Assembly (NCBI GenBank): GCA_039818205.1
Contig: JBCBUK010000029.1
Coordinates: forward strand, 1 to 17,107
Reading direction: 5' to 3'
From: Verrucomicrobiota bacterium
GTDB taxonomy: Bacteria > Verrucomicrobiota > Verrucomicrobiia > Opitutales > Cerasicoccaceae
Length of the DNA: 17,107 nt
Part shown: positions 1 to 6,290 of the stretch, piece by piece
Numbering within the stretch: the first letter of the stretch is position 1
How the letters are laid out: each line of letters begins with the position of its first letter
The notes under the pieces: generated by a model
Databases searched by the model: none
Told to the model about the DNA's origin: nothing
Seen by the model: only the letters and a program-made list of their open reading frames with translations
Position numbers and translations under genes: made by a program

Positions 1-346
1 GTTCATCGCTGAGCTGGGCTATTGCCTCCTTTGCAATATCAACCTTCTTTTCCAGCTCGGCGTTCTCGCGCTCAAGCTCGCGGTTCGATTCCTTCAGCTT
101 AACCACTTGGTGCTGAACCTTCGCCAGGTGCATAATCGCACCCACTGCGGTTAATTCCATATCTCCATCAAGATACTGCGCTACATCTGGGCACGCTCTT
201 GTTTGTTCGCTCATTGGTTCCTTTGGTTTGGTTTCCGGTATTTGGTCGTTCCAGATATATCCGCATTCGACACACCGGTTTGCTGTTGGTGAAAAAGGAA
301 TGCCGTCGTAACTGGTGCTTCCACATGCTGGGCATTCGTCGCTCAT
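1..346 (-). CDS. Hypothetical phage protein, N-terminal Zn-ribbon plus coiled coil (partial; runs off the window edge)
   Basis: Not in the ORF track. ATG at 346 overlaps the upstream TGA (ATGA). Reads MSDECPACGSTSYDGIPFSPTANRCVECGYIW...MSEQTRACPDV...KLKESNRELERENAELEKKVD with no stop before the edge. Two CxxC motifs. An internal ATG at 214 also has an AAGGA RBS. Confidence 0.75.
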   Translation of the reverse strand, partial: MSDECPACGSTSYDGIPFSPTANRCVECGYIWNDQIPETKPKEPMSEQTRACPDVAQYLDGDMELTAVGAIMHLAKVQHQVVKLKESNRELERENAELEKKVDIAKEAIAQLSDE

Positions 347-1422
347 TTCGCTCCCGCCATTTTCTCCGCCTCTCTGGGCGAAGGGGTTAACATCGGCACC
401 TCTCGAATCTGCAGTTCATCTGGCCATTCGAGAAGATCGCCGCCTTTCTTGTTTTTGGTGACCAAGCGGCCAGCTGCGAACCCTTCGCCATGCTCAACTA
501 GCTTCGCGCTATCGGGGAATTCGTATAAGTTGGCGTTGCAGGTCGTGGACAGTGCGCCGAGCTGCTTGACAAATACGGGAACATCTGCGGATTCGCATTG
601 CTGAACAATCGACTGTATCCAATCTATCGAGCATTCGCGGGCGTTTGGGCCACTCTCACCCCCGACTATCAGCCAATCGAGTTTTTCTTGAGTCCATGCT
701 GGTGCACTATACCAATCGCCAAAAACATCACCCTCCAAGGGCCGAAGTAAGGCTTCTCCGATCCCCTGAATCGGCATCTCGTCTATGTGAAGCGGCCCTA
801 ACAGGGGCTCGCATGACAGGAACCGCACCCGCGCTGGTATCTTCAGCAGTTCCGGTATGCGCTCATCGGCGCGCTGTTGATCTTCTACGCTCGTACCTAT
901 CCAAACGTTATGCGGAGTCCCCGATTGAACACCCTTGCGAAGCCCATGCCACTCATCGAGCCAGGCCGCTAGCCACTTACTTAAAGCACGATTTAGAGGC
1001 TTTAAGCGGGTATGGGCCTCATCGACCCACAATCGAGCCTCAGCTATGCGATCATACCACAGTTCAGGCCGCTTCGTGAGCAGCAGCCAGTCAAGGTGGG
1101 GCGTGCTGCAGATCAAATCCAACAAGTCAGCTAGCCACTCAATCGGTACCTCCGGATCAAGCCAATCGGCTAGCGATGCGCAAAACACTCGCGGCCTTGG
1201 ATTCATAGGAAAGCAACCCGCGATCTTGTTCCACCGAGTCGGCTTCTTCCAGTTCGCCTCACTGGTGCGCTGCCGAGGGTTGCCCTTGCCCCAGTTGACT
1301 TTTCCCAGGCGCTTATCCATGAGCGATTCGGCGTAGCAGTTGGCGCAGCCAGGGCTTACCTTCGTGCATCCGCTCCAGTGGTTGAACGTGTGGTCGGTCC
1401 ACTCTATTTTGCTATTCTCCAT
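343..1422 (-). CDS. DUF5131 / phage Gp37-Gp68 family protein (radical-SAM-like Cys motif)
   Basis: Family motifs SKIEWTDHTFN, GCTKVSPGCANCYA, LLLTKRP, NVWIGTSVEDQ, RFLSCEPLLG, DWLIVGGESGP, VPVFVKQLG. Start moved to ATG 1422, which follows a GGAGG RBS. Confidence 0.92.
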   Translation of the reverse strand: MENSKIEWTDHTFNHWSGCTKVSPGCANCYAESLMDKRLGKVNWGKGNPRQRTSEANWKKPTRWNKIAGCFPMNPRPRVFCASLADWLDPEVPIEWLADLLDLICSTPHLDWLLLTKRPELWYDRIAEARLWVDEAHTRLKPLNRALSKWLAAWLDEWHGLRKGVQSGTPHNVWIGTSVEDQQRADERIPELLKIPARVRFLSCEPLLGPLHIDEMPIQGIGEALLRPLEGDVFGDWYSAPAWTQEKLDWLIVGGESGPNARECSIDWIQSIVQQCESADVPVFVKQLGALSTTCNANLYEFPDSAKLVEHGEGFAAGRLVTKNKKGGDLLEWPDELQIREVPMLTPSPREAEKMAGAK

Positions 1423-1753
1423 CGCTCTGCCCTCCTTTCGCCTTCTGGATAGCTTTCTCGGCCTGCCGATGCGCTTCATGCTTGCGGGTGGCCCAAGCGT
1501 CCTGCGCTTCCATGCCCTCCTCCTCCAGCGGGAAATAGGATTGATGTGATGATAGTAACTCCTCCAGCGCCTCCAGTAGGTCCGGCGCGGCTTCTATGAG
1601 AGGCTTATCCCTATCGCGAACCTTGATCCTGCCCCCATCCTTTGTATCCACTACAAACAATATCGATTCTTCGGTGCCAGACTGAACCAGCCACTCAGGG
1701 TCTATGCCATCCCATTTCCACGGTCCCGGCGTGTGTTTCGTTTCTTCGCTCAT
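1412..1753 (-). CDS. Conserved hypothetical phage protein (HTPGPW...LIEAAPDLLEAL type)
   Basis: KHTPGPW and LIEAAPDLLEALEELL are motifs common in small phage early proteins. GAGGA RBS upstream. Confidence 0.8.
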   Translation of the reverse strand: MSEETKHTPGPWKWDGIDPEWLVQSGTEESILFVVDTKDGGRIKVRDRDKPLIEAAPDLLEALEELLSSHQSYFPLEEEGMEAQDAWATRKHEAHRQAEKAIQKAKGGQSDGE

Positions 1754-1797
1754 GATTCGTTCCTCGGTGTTGGTTAAATGTTAAGCGGTGCCGCATA

Positions 1798-2613
1798 TTA
1801 TCCGTTAGCAAACATTGCAGCCGAACCGAACGACTGCTCTTGAGACTCACGCGGTGAGCGGAGCCAGTTTCTTACAAAAGGTTCGCGGGCCCGAATAGAA
1901 GCCAGGTCCTCGTTCCAGTTGTTCAAAAGCGTGGAGAACTGGGAGCGGGTCCAATAGTTGAGCATCTTCGCTTCGGCGGGGGGTATTTTATTTTTTTGCT
2001 CATACCACCAGACGACCAAGTCCCTTTCCTCCTGGGTGGAACTTGCGGCACCATGTCGCATCCATGCCGTCTCGGCCTTCTCTACCCGCGTTTCGTCACG
2101 GTGTTTGAACAGACGCTTAAGCTGAAGATACCCTTCATCATCGAGGCCACAAATAACATCTTCCTTCTCCCTCTCTACGATCTTCCCTTCTAGGTTAGTC
2201 GTGGGCAGTTCGGGTTGGGATTGTGGTGGCTTCGTGGGGCCTTCGGGGGCAGTTCGCGGAGGCTTCGCGGAAGGTTCGCGACGGTCTTTCTTTTCCCAGT
2301 CATAAACCCTTGTGCTAAGGATGGTTACGACCGTGCCGCGCTTCGTGCCATCGAATAGGCAAAGGCCCGCTGCAGTGAGGAGTTCCTTCGCGGTCCGGTA
2401 ATGGTGCTCGGTGAGACCCGCTTTTTTGAAATCACCAACGCCGATAAAGCACTGACCGGCCTGCAGTCGATCCTTAGCTTTGTCAAACAAAGTTGAGTTC
2501 TTCCGACGGGCACGTAACGCAATCAGCGTCAGAAGCCAGAACGCATAGGGATACTCCTCAACCAGCTCCAATGCCTCCGGAGTTTCCATCAACTTGATGA
2601 AATACTCGTCCAT
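1798..2613 (-). CDS. Phage replication initiator / replisome organiser-like protein
   Basis: N-terminal winged-HTH-like segment (AFWLLTLIALRARR...GQCFIG...GLTEHHYRTAKELL...GTVVTI...YD). Pro-rich linker encoded by periodic DNA repeats, then a separate C-terminal domain. This is the layout of lambdoid O-like initiators. Confidence 0.7.
   Translation of the reverse strand: MDEYFIKLMETPEALELVEEYPYAFWLLTLIALRARRKNSTLFDKAKDRLQAGQCFIGVGDFKKAGLTEHHYRTAKELLTAAGLCLFDGTKRGTVVTILSTRVYDWEKKDRREPSAKPPRTAPEGPTKPPQSQPELPTTNLEGKIVEREKEDVICGLDDEGYLQLKRLFKHRDETRVEKAETAWMRHGAASSTQEERDLVVWWYEQKNKIPPAEAKMLNYWTRSQFSTLLNNWNEDLASIRAREPFVRNWLRSPRESQEQSFGSAAMFANG
2198..2281. repeat. 11-bp-period iteron-like array inside the initiator gene (putative origin)
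   Basis: TTCG starts at 2209, 2231, 2242, 2253, 2264 and 2275, with GTCG at 2198, giving an exact 11-bp register. Example units: GGCAGTTCGCG, GAGGCTTCGCG, GAAGGTTCGCG. Confidence 0.7.
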
Positions 2614-2997
2614 CTACGCCTTCGCCTCCTCGATGCGTTGCAAGCGTTCGATCTCGGCCGCTATCAGTGCGCCCGCTTTCACCAGGTTCCGGATGGGATC
2701 CTGCGAGGGTTTCCAAGATTCGATCTCCCAAGGCCAAATTCCACCAGGACCGGCAGCCCAGTGCGGAATCTCGATCTGAGGATGTAGCATATTCATACGA
2801 GCCGCATGAACATAGCACTCGGCCGCTAGTCCTAACTCACACTCATCGTGTAGATCGTCGTGCTCGGGGGAATAATCCTCCTTGTCTATCTGCCGGTTGC
2901 GCTCGTCGACAATCAGCTGGATTGCATCGTTGGTGTCTTCACTCATGCGGTAGGGTTTGCGGGGTTTGCGGTTCAAGTGGTCGGATAGGAATTCCAT
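2614..2997 (-). CDS. Conserved hypothetical phage protein
   Basis: ERNRQIDKEDYSPEHDDLH...ELGLAAECY...WPWE..WKP...RNLVKAGALIAAEIERL, a widespread phage domain. Start uncertain (2997 or 2946). Confidence 0.8.
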   Translation of the reverse strand: MEFLSDHLNRKPRKPYRMSEDTNDAIQLIVDERNRQIDKEDYSPEHDDLHDECELGLAAECYVHAARMNMLHPQIEIPHWAAGPGGIWPWEIESWKPSQDPIRNLVKAGALIAAEIERLQRIEEAKA

Positions 2998-3002
2998 GAC
3001 GA

Positions 3003-3560
3003 TTACCATTTTCCACGATACCGTGGGCACCGGCCCAACATGCTCCATGTGCCATTGTTCTGGAGCTGGGCTTTGAAAGTCATCCCACGGACGAAATTCT
3101 CATTGCTCCGCACACGCACACGCACCGGGTCGTGCTCTGGCTGATCAACGATCTCCGCCGTCAACCACTTCGGGTTCTTGTCGAAAACGCGGGCGACGCG
3201 CAGGGACAACGTGAGGGGGGGCTTTTTTTCGCCGTCGACAGAGCTAGGCTCGCCGTCAACGGCCTTAACGGGGTCCACCGGCACTACGCTGGCCGTTGAC
3301 TCACACAAGGAATCCGCGGGGGTTTTTTCCGCGGGGGACTCAACAGGGACTTCGTCGATCAACACGGTGGCTAGGACAGCTTGACCCGCTGGGGTCAACA
3401 TGATGACTCGATGCGACTTCTGCCAATGCGTTCCTTCTTCCAGGAGCTCCTTCCGCAGCTCACGAAGGGTGTCGCGAGTAATGCCAGTTCTCTCGGCAAA
3501 ATCCTGCTCGCTGATGGGTCGTGCGGCATTCTCCGCGGGTCCGATAGTTTCCTTAGTCAT
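3003..3560 (-). CDS. Hypothetical phage protein with an N-terminal HTH-like segment
   Basis: Likely start ATG 3560 after AAGGGG. ISEQDFAERTGITRDTLRELRK is HTH-like. Beta-rich C-terminus ending GRCPRYRGKW. Confidence 0.7.
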   Translation of the reverse strand: MTKETIGPAENAARPISEQDFAERTGITRDTLRELRKELLEEGTHWQKSHRVIMLTPAGQAVLATVLIDEVPVESPAEKTPADSLCESTASVVPVDPVKAVDGEPSSVDGEKKPPLTLSLRVARVFDKNPKWLTAEIVDQPEHDPVRVRVRSNENFVRGMTFKAQLQNNGTWSMLGRCPRYRGKW

Positions 3561-3574
3561 CCATTCCCCTTTTG

Positions 3575-3665
3575 TTGAAAAAATTTCTGAGGCTGGACCC
3601 ATCGCGGTCCTGGCACCCCCGTACCAACGAGCGCACCCCCTCCCCCCCCTCGAGGCGCAAAAACA
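3575..3665. other. G/C-run-rich non-coding region; possible packaging-initiation (pac/cos) region
   Basis: GAAAAAATTTC, GCACCCCC twice (3613, 3633) and CCCCCTCCCCCCCC (3636-3649), just downstream of a TerS-like gene. Confidence 0.4.
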
Positions 3666-3764
3666 GGTAAACATTTGACCACACAATCGGCTCTTTCTGA
3701 CGGCATCCTGACGCCAATATCGTCGCCAATTCGCAGCTTGCACCTGCACAACAACGACTTACAG

Positions 3765-3792
3765 AACTCGGACACTTGCTATTATAGCAACT
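3765..3792 (+). other. Degenerate dif-like (XerC/XerD) site
   Basis: 11-6-11 layout AACTCGGACAC-TTGCTA-TTATAGCAACT, compared with E. coli dif GGTGCGCATAA-TGTATA-TTATGTTAAAT. Also contains the palindrome TTGCTA-TTA-TAGCAA. Confidence 0.35.
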
Positions 3793-3802
3793 GAAGGCCA
3801 AT

Positions 3803-4459
3803 TTATGCATCGGATTGCCCTTTCTCCTGGTCGGTTGAGTTCGAGCTGGCATCGATCGGAGATGGTTCGCCCTTTTTGTCTGGTTTGTTCTCCGCGCCCA
3901 ACCGGTCTACAGGCACGTCTTGAAAGTCTGCGTCAACCGTCGGTCCGTTGAGCTTCGCCAATGCATCGATCGCATCAACCAGTTGCTCACCGGATGATTC
4001 GAAGCGAGCGGTTGCACCACCCAGAAGCAACTCGCCCTTCTCGGTCGCAATCCCGGCCGCGATCATTAACTTCTGAATATCTGCGGTGCTTTCGATCTTG
4101 ATCTCGTCAATGGCTTCGGCAATGCGCTCAGCAATTGCCAAACCGTTCGCCCGGTGAAGCATGCCTAATGCTTTCTTTTCCGCTTCGATAAGCTCGGGTT
4201 TCTCGGCCAATGCAAGCTGCCATACAGCCTTCAGCGTATAGTGATGAACTGACTGTCCGAGAGCGCCCGAAACAAGCTTTTGAATCTGACGCCAAGTGAC
4301 GTTTTCACAACGCAGAGAAACAACCCCCTCAGCGAGCTTTGGATACAGGGCCTTAAATCGCTCGCCGGTGTAGCGACCTTCCTTTTCTTCCGGCGCAAAA
4401 AAATCGCCCCCCAATTCAAGGGCCGTTTGAGTCAACGCGGAATCATCGGACGGTGGCAT
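3803..4459 (-). CDS. Putative terminase small subunit-like protein
   Basis: N-terminal HTH-like region (VTWRQIQKLVS...HHYTLKAV), helical oligomerisation-type segment KLMIAAGIATEKGELLLGGATAR, disordered tail. Adjacent to the G-rich non-coding region. Confidence 0.5.
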   Translation of the reverse strand: MPPSDDSALTQTALELGGDFFAPEEKEGRYTGERFKALYPKLAEGVVSLRCENVTWRQIQKLVSGALGQSVHHYTLKAVWQLALAEKPELIEAEKKALGMLHRANGLAIAERIAEAIDEIKIESTADIQKLMIAAGIATEKGELLLGGATARFESSGEQLVDAIDALAKLNGPTVDADFQDVPVDRLGAENKPDKKGEPSPIDASSNSTDQEKGQSDA

Positions 4460-4470
4460 ATCAGCGGAGA

Positions 4471-4713
4471 TTACGAAATTATATCTACGTGGTGATTATC
4501 GCAAAATTTGATAAATCCTGATAACGGAATGCGATACTCACCTCCAGGCAACCGCATGTAACCCTCGAACTCACCCTTCGGTATCCAATCTTGCGTAATG
4601 GTTTTCGGTGTCACACACAACGCCGCTGCAACTTGACTCGGCGTCAACATAAGCGGCAAGGCGCGTGGTCCCGTGCGGCGGCGCGGGGTTTCTTTATTTG
4701 CAGTTCTAGGCAT
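4471..4713 (-). CDS. Excisionase-like HTH DNA-binding protein (HTH_17/MerR-like)
   Basis: MLTPSQVAAALCVTPKTITQDWIPKGEF...RLPGGEYRIP is a typical Xis/HTH_17 pattern. Start ATG 4713 overlaps the upstream stop. Confidence 0.8.
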   Translation of the reverse strand: MPRTANKETPRRRTGPRALPLMLTPSQVAAALCVTPKTITQDWIPKGEFEGYMRLPGGEYRIPLSGFIKFCDNHHVDIIS

Positions 4714-4954
4714 CGTTGGCGGCCAATGTAGTCTTTGGCGATTCAAGGCGATCCTCCATGCGAGCAATGGCGCGCTGGTGTGCGGCTATGTCGCATAGAA
4801 GTTGCCCTCGTTGATCAAAGGGCGCTTTTTCCATTTCCAACTGGGTCTGCGTCAACCAGCGACGCCGATTTTCTAGATAAGCTCTAATCTCCATTGGTTT
4901 AAGCTCCGCGTTGGGTGTTGTGTGTGGACTAACAATCATGGTCTGCACCATCAA
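4706..4954 (-). CDS. Hypothetical helical protein
   Basis: In the operon, overlaps both neighbours, helical-hairpin-like composition. Start uncertain. Confidence 0.6.
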   Translation of the reverse strand: MMVQTMIVSPHTTPNAELKPMEIRAYLENRRRWLTQTQLEMEKAPFDQRGQLLCDIAAHQRAIARMEDRLESPKTTLAANDA

Positions 4955-5111
4955 TTAGGCGGGAAAAACTCTCATCCAGGCTAGCAAGACGGCGCTCTGT
5001 TGAGTGTCTTACTACTGATAGTCGAATCCAGGAAAAGACCCGGCAAATAGTTGCTACCGATAGCCCAACACTCACAAAAACGAGAATGACAATCACTAGC
5101 TGCGCGACCAT
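4929..5111 (-). CDS. Small single-pass membrane protein
   Basis: Hydrophobic N-terminus (LVIVILVFVSVGLSVATIC). GGAG RBS. Overlaps neighbours. Confidence 0.6.
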   Translation of the reverse strand: MVAQLVIVILVFVSVGLSVATICRVFSWIRLSVVRHSTERRLASLDESFSRLIDGADHDC

Positions 5112-5293
5112 AACTCCTCCTTTGGGAGTAAGACTCCCTTAACAGTTTCTAGGTGATGATTAAGCACTAGTGAAATGATCTGAGAGGCATCGATACCGGT
5201 TGCCGTCGATAGCTCGGCCAGTTCATCCCATTGGGCGCGCTCAAGCTGGATCGACCGGCGAACGCCGTCTTCGTAACGCTTGGTTCTAGGCAT
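5096..5293 (-). CDS. Ribbon-helix-helix DNA-binding protein
   Basis: MPRTKRYEDGVRRSIQLERAQWDELAELSTATGIDASQIISLVL: alternating beta strand, helix, G-turn, helix (CopG/Arc pattern). Start ATG 5293. Confidence 0.72.
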   Translation of the reverse strand: MPRTKRYEDGVRRSIQLERAQWDELAELSTATGIDASQIISLVLNHHLETVKGVLLPKEELWSRS

Positions 5294-5480
5294 CGGGATT
5301 TCGAGTTGGAGCGGCGGCCAGGTCAAAAACTTCAACCTCTTCGTGCGCGCTTAGTTCTTGTTCCAATAGGCATTTTGCCAGTTCCTCTGGCGATCTACCC
5401 AGCTTCGCACTCGTCTCCTCAAGTTGACACATCAACTCGGGACTCAATTCAAAATCGATAGAATTGTTTTTCCGGTGCAT
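5286..5480 (-). CDS. Ribbon-helix-helix protein in the Cro position (first gene of the early operon)
   Basis: SIDFELSPELMCQLEETSAKLGRSPEELAKCLLEQEL fits the RHH pattern. Confidence 0.7.
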   Translation of the reverse strand: MHRKNNSIDFELSPELMCQLEETSAKLGRSPEELAKCLLEQELSAHEEVEVFDLAAAPTRNPDA

Positions 5481-5562
5481 TATTACACCGCTAAAGGTTC
5501 ATTAAAGAACCGTCAAATGAAAAATTGACTTTGCACCAAAAAAGCGCATTATCGGTGCATAA
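5473..5562. promoter_or_regulatory. Divergent promoter/operator region of the genetic switch
   Basis: TTGACT (5525-5530, +) with CATTAT 16 bp downstream. TTGACG on the - strand (5516-5511). CGGTGCAT at 5473 and 5553, inverted TACACCG (5484) and TGCACC (5532), and palindrome GGTTC-N6-GAACC (5496-5511). Confidence 0.7.
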
Positions 5563-6156
5563 ATGGGCAGAAAAGCACGATTCAACAATCCCAAGCGATT
5601 CTCACTTTCCCTCGAAAGCGAGATGCTTGAACGCCTAGACTCCCTTGCTCAGGAATACAGATTAGAGCGCAATCAGTTGATCGAGCGTTTACTAAAGCGA
5701 GCTCTTGACGAGCTCGGAAACGAGGACCCGTTCGAACTGACCTCGTCAGAATCCCAGGAGCTACTGACTAAGTTGAGCGGCAGAACATCATCCGCTAATG
5801 CCAAAAACCTTAGTGCATTGAATGGAATGGAGTCAGATTCGCTTCCCGGCAAATCAACGCCTTATGCCCCTTACATTCGACCAGGCGAAAGCAGCGAAGA
5901 ATTTTCCGAGCGATTCCGCAACGAAAACACGCCGGAAGAAGCGGCACTCATTTGGAGTGTGCCCGTTGAACGCGCCGCAAAGCTACTCAAATACAAGGTC
6001 ATCCCGGACGATGTTTTCCTGTCCATCGAGCAGATAATGGAAGAACAACAGTGTAACGCAGAAACAGCCATGAAGTTCTTTTTGAACTATCGGGCATTCA
6101 AATCTAAGAAAAAGAAAAGTGCCTCGGCTGCATTGTCCAAGGCACTTGCGAAGTAA
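5563..6156 (+). CDS. Putative immunity repressor: N-terminal RHH plus unknown C-terminal domain
   Basis: RFSLSLESEMLERLDSLAQEYRLERNQLIERLLKRAL is RHH-like. Divergent from the early operon (CI position). No S24 autopeptidase motifs. Confidence 0.68.
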   Translation: MGRKARFNNPKRFSLSLESEMLERLDSLAQEYRLERNQLIERLLKRALDELGNEDPFELTSSESQELLTKLSGRTSSANAKNLSALNGMESDSLPGKSTPYAPYIRPGESSEEFSERFRNENTPEEAALIWSVPVERAAKLLKYKVIPDDVFLSIEQIMEEQQCNAETAMKFFLNYRAFKSKKKKSASAALSKALAK

Positions 6157-6170
6157 CTATTTATCAGCCC

Positions 6171-6290
6171 CTAGAATCCGCTCGGGAACGACGGCCACGC
6201 CTTTGTTTCGACGGTCGGCAGGTCTGGTGCCGAGCGGTAGCCGAGGTTATAGGTTGCGGTCTGAAACAACGCAGTGAGTATTTTTTTCAT
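6171..6290 (-). CDS. 39-aa small ORF coupled to the sensor kinase (candidate signalling-peptide precursor)
   Basis: Below the ORF-track cut-off. ATG (6290-6288) overlaps the kinase stop as TAATG. MKKILTALFQTATYNLGYRSAPDLPTVETKAWPSFPSGF, TAG at 6173-6171. Fills almost the whole gap to the convergent repressor gene. Confidence 0.55.
   Translation of the reverse strand: MKKILTALFQTATYNLGYRSAPDLPTVETKAWPSFPSGF

Noticed and set aside
81..92. tRNA T-loop-like GGTTCGATTCC
   Set aside because: Lies within a coding frame on the opposite strand, with no cloverleaf around it.
645..1549. + strand ORFs 645-1079, 935-1336, 1340-1549, and similar antisense ORFs over the kinase, integrase and late genes
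   Set aside because: Shadows of well-supported opposite-strand genes, with no motifs and atypical composition.
3553..3852. ORFs 3553-3852 and 3557-3775 and the N-terminal extension of 3003-3749
   Set aside because: They cross the G-run, IHF-like and dif-like tract, which looks non-coding.
6160..6213. Second hammerhead on the - strand (GTCGAAAC...GTC...CTGATAA)
   Set aside because: Core reads CUGAUAA rather than CUGAnGA, stems I and II do not form, and the region is better explained by the 39-aa ORF.
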